NCBI GenBank assembly: GCA_963755715.1
Contig: CAVWLW010000033.1
Span: forward strand, 128,001 to 192,000
DNA length: 64,000 nucleotides
Direction: 5' to 3'
Source of the DNA: an uncultured delta proteobacterium
GTDB taxonomy: Bacteria; Desulfobacterota; Binatia; UBA9968
The position numbers were made by a program, and so were the translations under genes. This document shows positions 21,887 to 31,274 of the stretch, in pieces; the first letter of the stretch is position 1; the number at the start of each line of letters is the position of its first letter. The notes beneath the pieces were generated by a model. That model did not search any database and was not told the DNA's origin. It worked only from the letters and a program-made list of their open reading frames with translations.

Positions 21887-22477
21887 ATGAAATTTTTTAG
21901 TAACTTAAGCGCCGTTATTATATTAATCTCGATGTTTTTGTTGCCCGCTCGTGGATCTGCCGGCGAAGCTACTGTCCAGCTCAGCGCGACGGTTAATGAA
22001 CTCGTCACCATCCTGGTGAACACTCCAGTTGCGGAACTGCGGGCAAACGGCCTGCCGGACAAGGCTCTCAAGCTCGTTTATGCAAGATTCGATTTCTCGG
22101 AACTGACCAAACAGTCCTTGGGCCGGCATTGGCTGGAGCTGGACCAAGTCCAACAGCGTGAATTCGTCGCTGCCCTCACGCAAAAGCTCCTCGTTGCTTA
22201 TGGCCGAACCGTACGCGCTTCGGGCGATGAAAAAATTGAGTTCAACGGCGAAGAACTGAAAGGAAACCTTGCGAACGTAGAGACAAAAGTCGTCAGCGCC
22301 AACAGCACATTGCCGATCGATTATCGTTTGCACTTCGTCGACGGCCAGTGGAAAGTCTACGACATGGTGATCGATCAAGTCAGTATCGTTCACAACTATC
22401 GCGCTCAATTCGATCGGGTCATCGCGAGATCATCAGTCAAAGAGCTGCTGCAGAAGATGAAAGAGCCGGCGTCCTGA
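21887..22477 (+). CDS. mlaC: MlaC/Ttg2D-family phospholipid-binding protein
   Basis: Signal peptide; FDFSEL..LGRHW, IDYRL, WKVYDMVIDQVSIVHNYRAQF. Confidence 0.8.
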   Translation: MKFFSNLSAVIILISMFLLPARGSAGEATVQLSATVNELVTILVNTPVAELRANGLPDKALKLVYARFDFSELTKQSLGRHWLELDQVQQREFVAALTQKLLVAYGRTVRASGDEKIEFNGEELKGNLANVETKVVSANSTLPIDYRLHFVDGQWKVYDMVIDQVSIVHNYRAQFDRVIARSSVKELLQKMKEPAS

Positions 22478-22504
22478 TGCTGGCATAGAATATTGCAAGT
22501 ATCA

Positions 22505-23444
22505 TCACTTCTGAACAAAGCTCCAGTCGAAAGCCCTGGACGGATCGGGTGCGGCTTCGAGCTTTAGCTCCGCGCGAATCTCTTCCATAGCAATTTGTAG
22601 TCCTTGAGCACTGGCGACGCCCGTAGCGGACCAGCTCGACGACGCCATCTCGTAGCTTCCTTCGGCCAACCCTTGGTCCATATCGGTCCATTTCATGATC
22701 GAGCGAATGCTCTCGTGCTCATTGTTCTTGGCGTATTGAATCCCGCGCAGCGTCGCACGCACCAGCCGGCGAATTTCATCCGGTTGTTTTTGGATCTTTT
22801 CCAATCGGGTTCCGAACCCGGCCAGAGGCGAAGGGATCAAATCACCGACAAAAAGAATCTTGCGAAAGCCCTTTCGCTCGAGCATGACGTTGTAAGGCGC
22901 TTCGATCAGCGCGGCATCGATGGCGCCGCTCTCCATCGCAGCGATACGGTTCGTGCCGCCGCCCAAAGCGAGAATTTTCACGTCTTGATTCGGCGTCAGC
23001 TTGTAACGGCGCAATAGTGCGCGCGCGTAGGTATCGGTGCTGGCGCCAAAGGATGAAATGCCCAGTAGCTTGCCTCTCAGCTCTTCGACTGAATGGATCC
23101 CCGGCCGGGCAATGAGAGAGAACAAGGGTTTGTCGGCGATCGTCATCACGACCCGCAACGGCACGTTGCGTAACGCGGCGCGGATAGTCGAGCCGAGCGC
23201 CGTCGTGTAACCGACGTCGCCGGCGATCAGCGCTTGCATGGCGACCTGCGGCTTCATGATGACGTAATCGACGTCGAGACCTTCCGCTCGGTAAAACCCT
23301 TTCTCGCGCGCAAGATGAATGGGAAACCATGAAAGCGACTTAGATGGCGCGGAAATGTGAATCTTAGTCGACTGGGCGGCGAGCCGGGTGAAGAATTGCA
23401 AGAATCAGCAGCACAATTAACATCGGTGCTCTAGGCGTGATCAT
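22505..23444 (-). CDS. SsuA/NMT1-family substrate-binding protein, frameshift in signal peptide (~23385)
   Basis: EKGFYRAEGLDV, ELRGKLLGISSFG, GAIDAAL; signal-like MLIVLLILAIL in the upstream frame. Confidence 0.82.
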
Positions 23445-23509
23445 GTCGGCGTACATAGCCAGTTCTTAAATAGCTTACAAGTCTCGGAGCGTTGTTTGGC
23501 CCTAGGTAT

Positions 23510-24818
23510 TTATGTCGAGGGTCTTTGCGGTGGAGTCGCCAGCAAAATCAAAAACGCCGACGTGAAGAGAGCGCAAGAAAAAATGGTGAACGATAGATCG
23601 TAGCTGCCCATGCGGTCGTGTAGAAAACCGAAAAACGGCGCGCCGCTGGCGGCGAACAAATGAGAGAAGAAAAGCGACAGGCCGCGCACCGTTCCCAGTG
23701 AAGTCCGGCCGAAGAAATTGGCCCAGATCACTTCGCGCAGGACAAAGCTGCCGGCCAGGCCCGTGCCGTAGAGAAAGAACCCGACGTAGGTGAAATGAAT
23801 CTGGCGGCTCGAGATCGCCATGATCAAGCCGATTCCCTGAATCAAAAACTGGATACAGGAGACCTTTCTTATATCGAACCTGTCGGCGAATACGCCCCAC
23901 ACCAGCGTGGAGCCGAGTTGCGTTAAAGCGATCGTACTCATGAAGGACGCGGCGATCAGCGGCGAGTAACCGATATCGGTGACATAAGAAAAGATGTGCA
24001 GATTGAGACCGGCGATGCCGACGCTGGCGATACCGAAGGTAACGACGAGGAGCCAAAAGGTCGGTACGCCGGATCGCCTCGGCTCGAGTCCACGATCTTT
24101 CAGTTCTTAGGTTTTGCGATTGCGCGCTAGATGGCGGCGCGCTGGTCGCTGGTGACTTATCGGCTGTTTGATGCGGCGGATCGCCATCGGGGCGAAGCCC
24201 CATGTCTTCGGGTCTCCGGCGTATGAAGATCAACGCCGGCGCTATGACCAACAGCGGCGCGACGATGCCGAATACCGCCCAGGTGCCGCGCCAGCCGATC
24301 AGGACAAACAAAGATGCGGCAATCAAGGGAATGCCGAGCTTGGCTAGGCCCGTGCCCAAGTTGGCGATGCCCATCGCTCGGCCGCGCTTGCGCACGAACC
24401 ATTGGGCGATCGTTACGTTGATGACCCAAGAACCCAGTAAAGCTTCGCCCGCGATTACTAAAGAGCAGCGGACGAAAACGAACTGCCAAAAGCTTTGCAC
24501 TAGACTGGAAAGCAACAGTCCTGTGCCTTCCATCAGAACGCCGAGGACGAGGACGCCGCGGCCGCCGTGGCGGTCGATCCACGGACCGAGCAGCGGCACG
24601 ATCAGCGCCGCCACGCCGATCTCGAAAGTGCGGATCAACGAAAACGCCCCGCGCGAAACGTTCAGCTCCTCGGTGATCGGTTTGAGAAAAATGCTGAGCG
24701 TGCTGGAGAATGCGAATGTTCCGGCGATGTTGACGAGAATGCCGACGCCGACAATGTACCAGCCGTAGAAATAACGCGGCTGGATTGTCGCACCATCGAG
24801 TTTGAGGTTTGTGGTCAT
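23510..24818 (-). CDS. MFS transporter (OFA/MCT-like), frameshift ~24065
   Basis: FYGWYIV, GPWIDRHGGR, WFVRKRGRAMG, RRPEDMGLRPDG; second frame ANFFGRTSLG. Confidence 0.85.
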
Positions 24819-25030
24819 GAAATGGAGGTGAATGAACGTGACAGCCAAAACAAGTATCAGTCTGGCGCGAGTTACCGCCGGGCGGCAGATGGATGAATGT
24901 GTTGCATGGTTTTGCTGTCGCTCGATAAAACAATAAGCGGCGGTGTTCTGTCAACCGATCGGCGGCGCGGCTTGAAAAATCGGCATCACGGCACTAACAA
25001 TGGCGGCGCAGAGGCGATAGGAGGCTTATC

Positions 25031-26107
25031 GTGCTGATTCTCTCCAACGAAGATATTGAAAAGATTTTGCCCGTCGGCGCTTGTCTCGACGTGCTCGAAG
25101 AAGCTTATCGCGATCTCGGCAACGGCATGGCGGCGACCGTGCCGCGCTACGATGTCTTCAGTCCGACCAAGCCCAACGAGTTCTATGAATACAAAACCAT
25201 GAGCGGTGTGCTGCCTGGTCGCAAGGTCGCGGCGCTGCGTCTGAATTCCAGTATCGTCAAGTGGTACGAAAAGGCCGGCGGCCTTCGCAAAGACAAGCTG
25301 CCGGTGGCGGGCGGCGACAAGTACGTCGGACTCGTCATGCTTTTCAGCACAGAGACCGGCGAGCCCTTGGCGATTTTCCCCGACGGTTACGTGCAGAAGT
25401 TGCGCGTCGCGGGCGCCAGCGCGATTGCGGCGCGCTATCTCGCGCGTCCGGATGCCAAAGTGATGGCGTTGCTCGGCGCCGGCTGGCAGGCCAGCGCGCA
25501 TCTGGTGACGTTGTCGATGATCCGCGACTTGAAGCAGATAAAAATATTCAGTCCGACGCCGGATTCGCGGCGGCGTTTCATCGCGGAGTGGTCGGGAAAA
25601 GTTGCTGCCCAGTTAATTGAAGCGGAAAGCGCCGCGCAGGCGATCGACGGCGTGGATATGGTGATCGCTACGACGAATTCGATCTCGCCGCTTTTTTCCG
25701 GCGATATTTTACGGCCGGGGATGCATGTTTCCTGTGTCAAGCCTTGCGAGCTCGACGCGGCGACGTACAAGCGCGCCGATCCGCTGATCATTCACTGGCG
25801 CGAGGCCAAGCCGTTTCAAATCGCGATCGGCATCGACCGCCAATCGATCCCGGACGTGGCAGAGGGTTGGCAGCATCCTATCACACGCAAAGAAGAAGCC
25901 GTCTGGGATTTTCCGACGCTCTCGGAATTGGTCAACGGTCAACATCCGGGACGAACGAAAGAAGATTCCATTAGCTGTTTCTGCAACAACGTCGGTCTGG
26001 GTCTGCAATTCGCGGCAGTGGGCAGTGAAGTGCTGGCACGGGCGCGGGAGGCGAGGGTGGGGCGCGAGATTCCAACCGATTGGTTCTTGGAAGACGTGCA
26101 TCCATAA
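25031..26107 (+). CDS. Ornithine cyclodeaminase/mu-crystallin family protein (second paralog)
   Basis: TGEPLAIF, LRVAGAS, LLGAGWQA, ATTNS, GLGLQFAA, GREIPTDWFLED. Confidence 0.85.
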   Translation: MLILSNEDIEKILPVGACLDVLEEAYRDLGNGMAATVPRYDVFSPTKPNEFYEYKTMSGVLPGRKVAALRLNSSIVKWYEKAGGLRKDKLPVAGGDKYVGLVMLFSTETGEPLAIFPDGYVQKLRVAGASAIAARYLARPDAKVMALLGAGWQASAHLVTLSMIRDLKQIKIFSPTPDSRRRFIAEWSGKVAAQLIEAESAAQAIDGVDMVIATTNSISPLFSGDILRPGMHVSCVKPCELDAATYKRADPLIIHWREAKPFQIAIGIDRQSIPDVAEGWQHPITRKEEAVWDFPTLSELVNGQHPGRTKEDSISCFCNNVGLGLQFAAVGSEVLARAREARVGREIPTDWFLEDVHP

Positions 26108-26149
26108 AAATAGTTTCAAGGTTCTGATCTCTAGGTTTTAGTTAAAAAC

Positions 26150-27133
26150 ATGAAGACCCTGAGCAGAGTGTTGATGTTGTTGCTTGTGCTGACGCCAAGA
26201 ATCTTAAGCGCGCAGACGAAGCTCAAGGTCGCCTATCCGACTACCGTCGGTTCGATGGCGGTTATTTGGGTGACCAAAGACGCTAAGCTGTTTGAAAAGT
26301 ACGGGCTCGACGTTGAGTTGATTTACGTTGCCGGCAGCTCGAGGATTGTCCAATCGATGCTGGCCAAAGACATTCCGATTTCCGAGATCGCGATTCCGGC
26401 GGTCATCCAGGCCAATCTTGCCGGAGCGGATCTGGTGATGCTCGCCGGTCCCAACAACAAGCCGGGACAAAAGATCATGGTCAAGCCGGAGATCAAGCGG
26501 CGCGAAGATCTGAAGGGCAAAAAGATCGGCATCAGCCGCTTCGGCACCTCGGACGATTTTTTGCTGCGCTACGTGCTCGGTCAATGGAATCTCCAGGCTG
26601 ACCGTGACGTGGCGTTGGTCCAGATGGGCGGCTCGCCTGAGACTCTCGCGGGCTTGGCGGCGGGCGCCATCGATGGCGGTTTGCTCGCTTCGCCGCTCCA
26701 TCTCCAGGCCGCCAAGTTCGGCTACCATCTACTCGCGGACCTGAGCACCATCGGCATCGATTATCAGGGCGCGGGTGTGGTGACGACGCGAAGCTACATG
26801 CGCGAGGCGCCCGATGTCACGCGGCGCTATGTGCGCGCCTACGTTGAGGGCTTGCACCGTTTCAAGACCGACAAGAATTTCGCCGTGAAAGTGATCGGCA
26901 AGTACTCGCGCAGCACGGACCAAGAAGCGCTGGAAGAAACCTACCAGCACTACGCCGTCAAGATTATGCCCAGAGTTCCCTATCCGACGATCAAAGGAAT
27001 TCAAATGGTGCTCGACGAAATCGGTTCGCGCACGCCGAAGGCCAAGAGCCTCGCGCCTGAGAGTTTTATCGACATCAGCTATTTGAAAGAGCTCGAGCAG
27101 ACTGGATTCATCAAGAAGCTTTACGGCGAGTAG
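26150..27133 (+). CDS. SsuA/NMT1-family substrate-binding protein
   Basis: Signal peptide; LFEKYGLDVEL, DLKGKKIGISRFG. Confidence 0.85.
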   Translation: MKTLSRVLMLLLVLTPRILSAQTKLKVAYPTTVGSMAVIWVTKDAKLFEKYGLDVELIYVAGSSRIVQSMLAKDIPISEIAIPAVIQANLAGADLVMLAGPNNKPGQKIMVKPEIKRREDLKGKKIGISRFGTSDDFLLRYVLGQWNLQADRDVALVQMGGSPETLAGLAAGAIDGGLLASPLHLQAAKFGYHLLADLSTIGIDYQGAGVVTTRSYMREAPDVTRRYVRAYVEGLHRFKTDKNFAVKVIGKYSRSTDQEALEETYQHYAVKIMPRVPYPTIKGIQMVLDEIGSRTPKAKSLAPESFIDISYLKELEQTGFIKKLYGE

Positions 27134-27279
27134 TTCGTCACATTGCTACTGATGTATCTGACAGGATCGCTTTGTCCAGTTCATCGATCAAAAAGCTCTC
27201 CGGCAATTTTGAATATTCAGTCAAAAAGTTTTTTCAGCGAGCGACAACGAGCGCGAGATTATATTCTCACGGATTATTA

Positions 27280-27308
27280 TTGACAGTTCGAAACCACTTT
27301 CGTAAACT
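27280..27308 (+). promoter_or_regulatory. sigma70-type promoter
   Basis: TTGACA (27280-27285), 17-bp spacer, TAAACT (27303-27308); AT-rich sequence upstream. Confidence 0.75.
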
Positions 27309-27339
27309 GCCTTCAGCAGGGAAAGGAGGTGGTCCAGAC

Positions 27340-27381
27340 ATGATTGATAAATGTATTGTCTGCGAGGTGGCTGAGACCTAG
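27340..27381 (+). CDS. Putative 13-aa peptide MIDKCIVCEVAET behind an extended Shine-Dalgarno
   Basis: GAAAGGAGGTGGTCCAG at 27321-27337, ATG 27340, TAG 27379-27381. Confidence 0.45.
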   Translation: MIDKCIVCEVAET

Positions 27382-27452
27382 GCTCTAGGCGGATTCTTTG
27401 ACGGGGATTCGGGCCTGGAGCCTGGGAATCCCCCTCAGTCCACCTATAGGTC
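27375..27452. terminator. Long imperfect hairpin (3' structure or bidirectional terminator)
   Basis: gaccta/taggtc, taggcgga/tccaccta, tga/tca, ggggattc/gaatcccc nested pairings. Confidence 0.6.
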
Positions 27453-27456
27453 CGCT

Positions 27457-28197
27457 TCAACGGCTGCTTCGGCTGTCGCTTGAAGCGGACCTTCTTTTTT
27501 TCAGCAACTCGAGCGCGGCGCCGGCGGTTTTTCTGCTCTCGCGATTCTCGCTTTCGCTGGCCTCGCGTAAAGCGATGACAAATTGCTCTGACGGCGATCC
27601 TAAGTCGGCCAGGACGATCGCTGCAGCATTGCGGACCCGAGAGTCCGCGTCTTCCAAGTAAGTTTTCAGCAAAAGACTCTTGTCGTTGTCATTGAGATCC
27701 GCTCTTTGCTTCAGGCAAATGGCGGCGGCGACTCTGACGGTTGGATTGTCATCGCGCAGCCCCTTCAGCAATGCCGCCAGACTGGCGTCGTCGTTTAGAG
27801 TCAGGTCGCGGATACAGTACAGCGCCATCCTTTTTTGGTTGGCTGTGCCGTTGGCGCTGAGTTCTATCAGATGGCCGATATGGTTATCATCGTTTTTGGC
27901 GAGGCGAACGAGCAGAAGGGCGACCGCCCACCGGATATCCGGTTCTTGATGATCCAGTGCGTCGAGTAAGACTCGTATGACGGTGTCGTTTGGAGACGGA
28001 AGTTGTCCTAGGATATATGCGACCGGCCAGTAATTTTTTTTTCCTGGTTGAGTGAGCCGTTCAAGAAGCAAGGCGCGCAGGTCGGCCGATTGCCCGGCCA
28101 ACGGGAAAAGGGCATCGACCGCGGCCCGAATCGTCGGCTTGTCGTGATGATCCAAGTCGGCAATGAGCGCGGCGATCTCGCTCTCGGCTTTAGTCAC
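27457..28197 (-). CDS. HEAT-repeat protein
   Basis: Repeats LDHQEPDIRWAVA, LRDDNPTVRVAAA, LEDADSRVRNAAA. Confidence 0.82.
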   Translation of the reverse strand: MTKAESEIAALIADLDHHDKPTIRAAVDALFPLAGQSADLRALLLERLTQPGKKNYWPVAYILGQLPSPNDTVIRVLLDALDHQEPDIRWAVALLLVRLAKNDDNHIGHLIELSANGTANQKRMALYCIRDLTLNDDASLAALLKGLRDDNPTVRVAAAICLKQRADLNDNDKSLLLKTYLEDADSRVRNAAAIVLADLGSPSEQFVIALREASESENRESRKTAGAALELLKKRRSASSDSRSSR

Positions 28198-28237
28198 GAA
28201 CGGTGTTCCCGTGTCGATATCAGACCGCCAGCGCCAA

Positions 28238-29437
28238 TCAAATTTCGAGAAACTGCGGACAATCGGTTAAATTGCGGTTGCCTTTGGCCGTGACCACCAC
28301 GACGTCTTCGAGGCGCACGCCGCCGACGCCGAGATAATACAGGCCGGGTTCGACGGTGACGACGTGACCGGTGCGTAGAATCGCATCGACCGGCGCGATG
28401 CGCGGCGGTTCATGAATATCCAATCCCAAGCCGTGGCCGGTGCCGTGAAAAAAACCTTGCATACGGCCGTTGATGCGGCCGGTGTGAAATCCCCGAGATT
28501 CGAAAAGATTCAAAATATTTTGGTGCACTTCCTTGCCGTTGACACCGTCGCGTATTTGCTCGTAGCCGATTTTCTGTCCCGCTTGCACCGTCGCGTAAAT
28601 TTCCTTGAGCTTGTCCGACGCGCGTCCGCGCACGACGGTTCGGCTGAGATCGCCGAAGTAACCGTTTCGTTGCGAGCGCGGAAAAATATCGAAGATGATC
28701 GACGTATTCGCTTTGATTGGCCCGCTGCCCTCGTGGTGCGGATCGACGCATTGATTGCCGGAAGAGATGATCGTGTGGCTCGGCAGCCAGCCTTGCGCCA
28801 TGATCGTCGTATTGACCGCGGTCTTGAGCATTTCCGAAGTCAATCGCGTTCCATTCAAATAGAGATAACCGTCGCGCTTGGTCCGCGTGCGCTTGAGCAT
28901 GCGGATACCGGCTTCCAGCCCGAGCCGCGCCACCCGTAGCGACTCGGTGATCTGCGCGACTTCGACGCGGTCTTTCGCCTCGCGCTCCGGCCAAAACGGA
29001 TCGCGTTTGATTTGCACGCTGTAGCCTTTGGCGCGCAGTTGGTCGGTGAGCAGCGCCGAGAAATTTGCCGGCACGATCAAAGCGCGGATGCCTCTTTCGC
29101 GAAACAGCAAATCGAGAATGTCGATCATGCCCGCCGGCGCCTTGCCGAGCTTGCGCAGCTTGCGCTGATAGGCCGAGAGCGACAGAACGCGATCGACGTC
29201 GGCCTGCTTCTTGGCGCGGTCGATTTCCAAGTCGCTCATGACGACGAACTTGATTTTTTTGTGCTGAAAAAAAATAAACGGGTCGGGCACGAAAAAGCCG
29301 ACCGCGTAGAGCATGTTCGCGTCGCCCTCGCTGGCGGTGACCATCAAAAGCGCCTGGTCGTTGCGCAATTTTGCCGTGCCTGGGTCGCGCGTGGCCATGG
29401 CTCTCGTCTTGCTGCGGTTGTTTTTTGTTTCGGCCAT
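28238..29437 (-). CDS. Xaa-Pro peptidase (M24 family)
   Basis: DPHH, FDIFP, YFGDLSRT, HGTGHGLGLDIHE, TVEPGLY, GGVRLEDVV. Confidence 0.9.
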   Translation of the reverse strand: MAETKNNRSKTRAMATRDPGTAKLRNDQALLMVTASEGDANMLYAVGFFVPDPFIFFQHKKIKFVVMSDLEIDRAKKQADVDRVLSLSAYQRKLRKLGKAPAGMIDILDLLFRERGIRALIVPANFSALLTDQLRAKGYSVQIKRDPFWPEREAKDRVEVAQITESLRVARLGLEAGIRMLKRTRTKRDGYLYLNGTRLTSEMLKTAVNTTIMAQGWLPSHTIISSGNQCVDPHHEGSGPIKANTSIIFDIFPRSQRNGYFGDLSRTVVRGRASDKLKEIYATVQAGQKIGYEQIRDGVNGKEVHQNILNLFESRGFHTGRINGRMQGFFHGTGHGLGLDIHEPPRIAPVDAILRTGHVVTVEPGLYYLGVGGVRLEDVVVVTAKGNRNLTDCPQFLEI

Positions 29438-29548
29438 GAGTTTTTTCGCTCGTGAAAAATTCACAGTGGATCGCTTGATCCGAATAGTAACGCGAGGTCG
29501 CGCCTAGCGCAACTTCGCCGCCTTCATGCGCTCGGCGGCGTAATTCTG

Positions 29549-29576
29549 TTGACACACCAAGGCCGTTTGTTATGAT
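29549..29576 (+). promoter_or_regulatory. sigma70-type promoter of the acyl-CoA carboxylase operon
   Basis: TTGACA, 16-bp spacer ending in TGn, TATGAT. Confidence 0.6.
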
Positions 29577-29629
29577 GCCGCAACTCGCTCGCGGGAACAC
29601 TTCGATTTCGCTTCTAAGGAATCCTTTTC

Positions 29630-31180
29630 ATGGTCATGATCAACAATTTCGACAAGCTCCGTGAGCTTAATCAAAGGGCCGAGGCTGGGGGCGGAGAAGA
29701 GCGCGCGCGCCGCCAGCACGAACAGGGAAAATTATTGGCGCGCGAGCGCCTCGATATTCTCCTCGACAGCGGCAGCTTCGTGGAGCTCGATCGCTTGCGC
29801 TTGCACGACTGCGTCGAGTTCGGCATGGAAAAGCAGAAATTTCCCGGTGACGCGGTCGTGACCGGTTACGGCGCCGTCGACGGCCGCTCAGTTTATGTCT
29901 ATTCGCAAGACTTCACCGTTTTCGGCGGCAGCTTGAGCCGCGTCGTCGCCGACAAGATTTGCAAAGTGATGGACATGGCGCTGAAGAACGGCGCACCGTT
30001 GATCGGCATCAACGACTCCGGCGGCGCGCGCATTCAAGAAGGCGTCGACAGTCTGGCGGGATACGGTGAGATTTTTCAGCGCAACGTCATGGCATCCGGC
30101 GTCGTGCCGCAAATCACCGCCATTATGGGCCCATGCGCCGGCGGCGCGGTTTATTCGCCGGCAATCACCGATTTCATTTTCATGGTGAAAACCAACAGCT
30201 ACATGTTCATCACCGGCCCCGATGTCATCAAGACCGTGACCCACGAAGAAGTCACCAAAGAAACTCTGGGCGGCGCCGAGACGCACACGGGCACGAGCGG
30301 CGTGGCCCATTTCACCGCCAATACGGAAAAAGATTGTCTGCTGCTGATCCGCGAGCTGATCGGTTTTTTACCGAGCAACAATCAAGAAGAACCGCCTTTT
30401 CATCCGAGCAACGACGATCCGCTGCGCCGCGACAAGCGGCTCAAAGATTTGGTTCCCGATAATCCCAATCGGCCCTATGACATGAAAGAGCTGATCGCGG
30501 CGGTGGTCGATGAAGGCTATTTTTATGAAGTGCAGCCGGAGTTCGCGCGCAATATTCTCATCGGCTTTGCCCACCTCGGCGGCCGCTCGGTGGGGATGGT
30601 CGCCAATCAACCGGCCCATCTGGCGGGCTGTTTGGACATCAACGCTTCCGTGAAGGCGGCGCGCTTTATTCGGTTTTGCGACTGCTTTAATATTCCCGTG
30701 GTGACGTTCGTCGACGTGCCGGGCTTTTTGCCGGGCACGGAGCAGGAATATCACGGCATCATTCGCCACGGCGCGAAGTTGCTCTATGCTTACGCCGAAG
30801 CGACCGTGCCAAAAGTCACCATCGTGACGCGCAAAGCCTACGGCGGCGGTTACATCGTCATGGCGAGCAAGCATCTGCGCGGTGATATTAATTTAGCTTA
30901 TCCGACCGGCGAGATCGCCGTGATGGGACCCGAGGGCGCCATCAATATCGTTTTTCGCGATCAGCTGCAGAAAGCAGCCGATCCCGCCAAAGCACGCGAC
31001 GAAATGGTCACCAACTATCGGGAGACTTTCGCCAACCCCTTCAAAGCCGCGGAGTCGGGCTACATCGATGCGGTGATTTATCCCGAGGACACGCGGCCGA
31101 CGTTGATCCGCGCGCTTGAAATGCTTAAAAATAAACAAGACCACAATCCGCCGAAGAAGCATGGAAATATTCCACTCTGA
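29630..31180 (+). CDS. pccB: Acyl-CoA (propionyl/methylmalonyl-CoA) carboxylase carboxyltransferase subunit
   Basis: [52 protein letters not shown]. Confidence 0.9.
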   Translation: MVMINNFDKLRELNQRAEAGGGEERARRQHEQGKLLARERLDILLDSGSFVELDRLRLHDCVEFGMEKQKFPGDAVVTGYGAVDGRSVYVYSQDFTVFGGSLSRVVADKICKVMDMALKNGAPLIGINDSGGARIQEGVDSLAGYGEIFQRNVMASGVVPQITAIMGPCAGGAVYSPAITDFIFMVKTNSYMFITGPDVIKTVTHEEVTKETLGGAETHTGTSGVAHFTANTEKDCLLLIRELIGFLPSNNQEEPPFHPSNDDPLRRDKRLKDLVPDNPNRPYDMKELIAAVVDEGYFYEVQPEFARNILIGFAHLGGRSVGMVANQPAHLAGCLDINASVKAARFIRFCDCFNIPVVTFVDVPGFLPGTEQEYHGIIRHGAKLLYAYAEATVPKVTIVTRKAYGGGYIVMASKHLRGDINLAYPTGEIAVMGPEGAINIVFRDQLQKAADPAKARDEMVTNYRETFANPFKAAESGYIDAVIYPEDTRPTLIRALEMLKNKQDHNPPKKHGNIPL

Positions 31181-31183
31181 AGA

Positions 31184-31270
31184 AGGCACTAGGCAACAGG
31201 CAATTAGGCAACAGCGGATTCGCCTCGGTCTCTCAACTATTGCCTGTTGCCTATTGCCTCGTGCCTGCCT
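31184..31270. repeat. Heptamer tandem-repeat hairpin (AGGCAAY)n / (RTTGCCT)n inside the carboxylase operon
   Basis: aggcact aggcaac aggcaat t aggcaac ... attgcct gttgcct attgcct cgtgcct. Confidence 0.8.
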
Positions 31271-31274
31271 TCCC

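Noticed and set aside
21724-22071. N-terminal extension of the GGCT ORF
   Set aside because: It overlaps mlaC and its promoter region on the other strand; the family motif YFAYGSN normally sits at the N-terminus.
27321-27337. Antisense remnant of a 16S rRNA gene
   Set aside because: Complementarity stops after CCAG; the following bases (ACATG...) do not continue the 16S sequence, and no other rRNA motifs are nearby.
27375-27452. tRNA or tRNA-Sec
   Set aside because: It folds as a single long hairpin; no cloverleaf, T-loop GTTCRA or CCA end on either strand.
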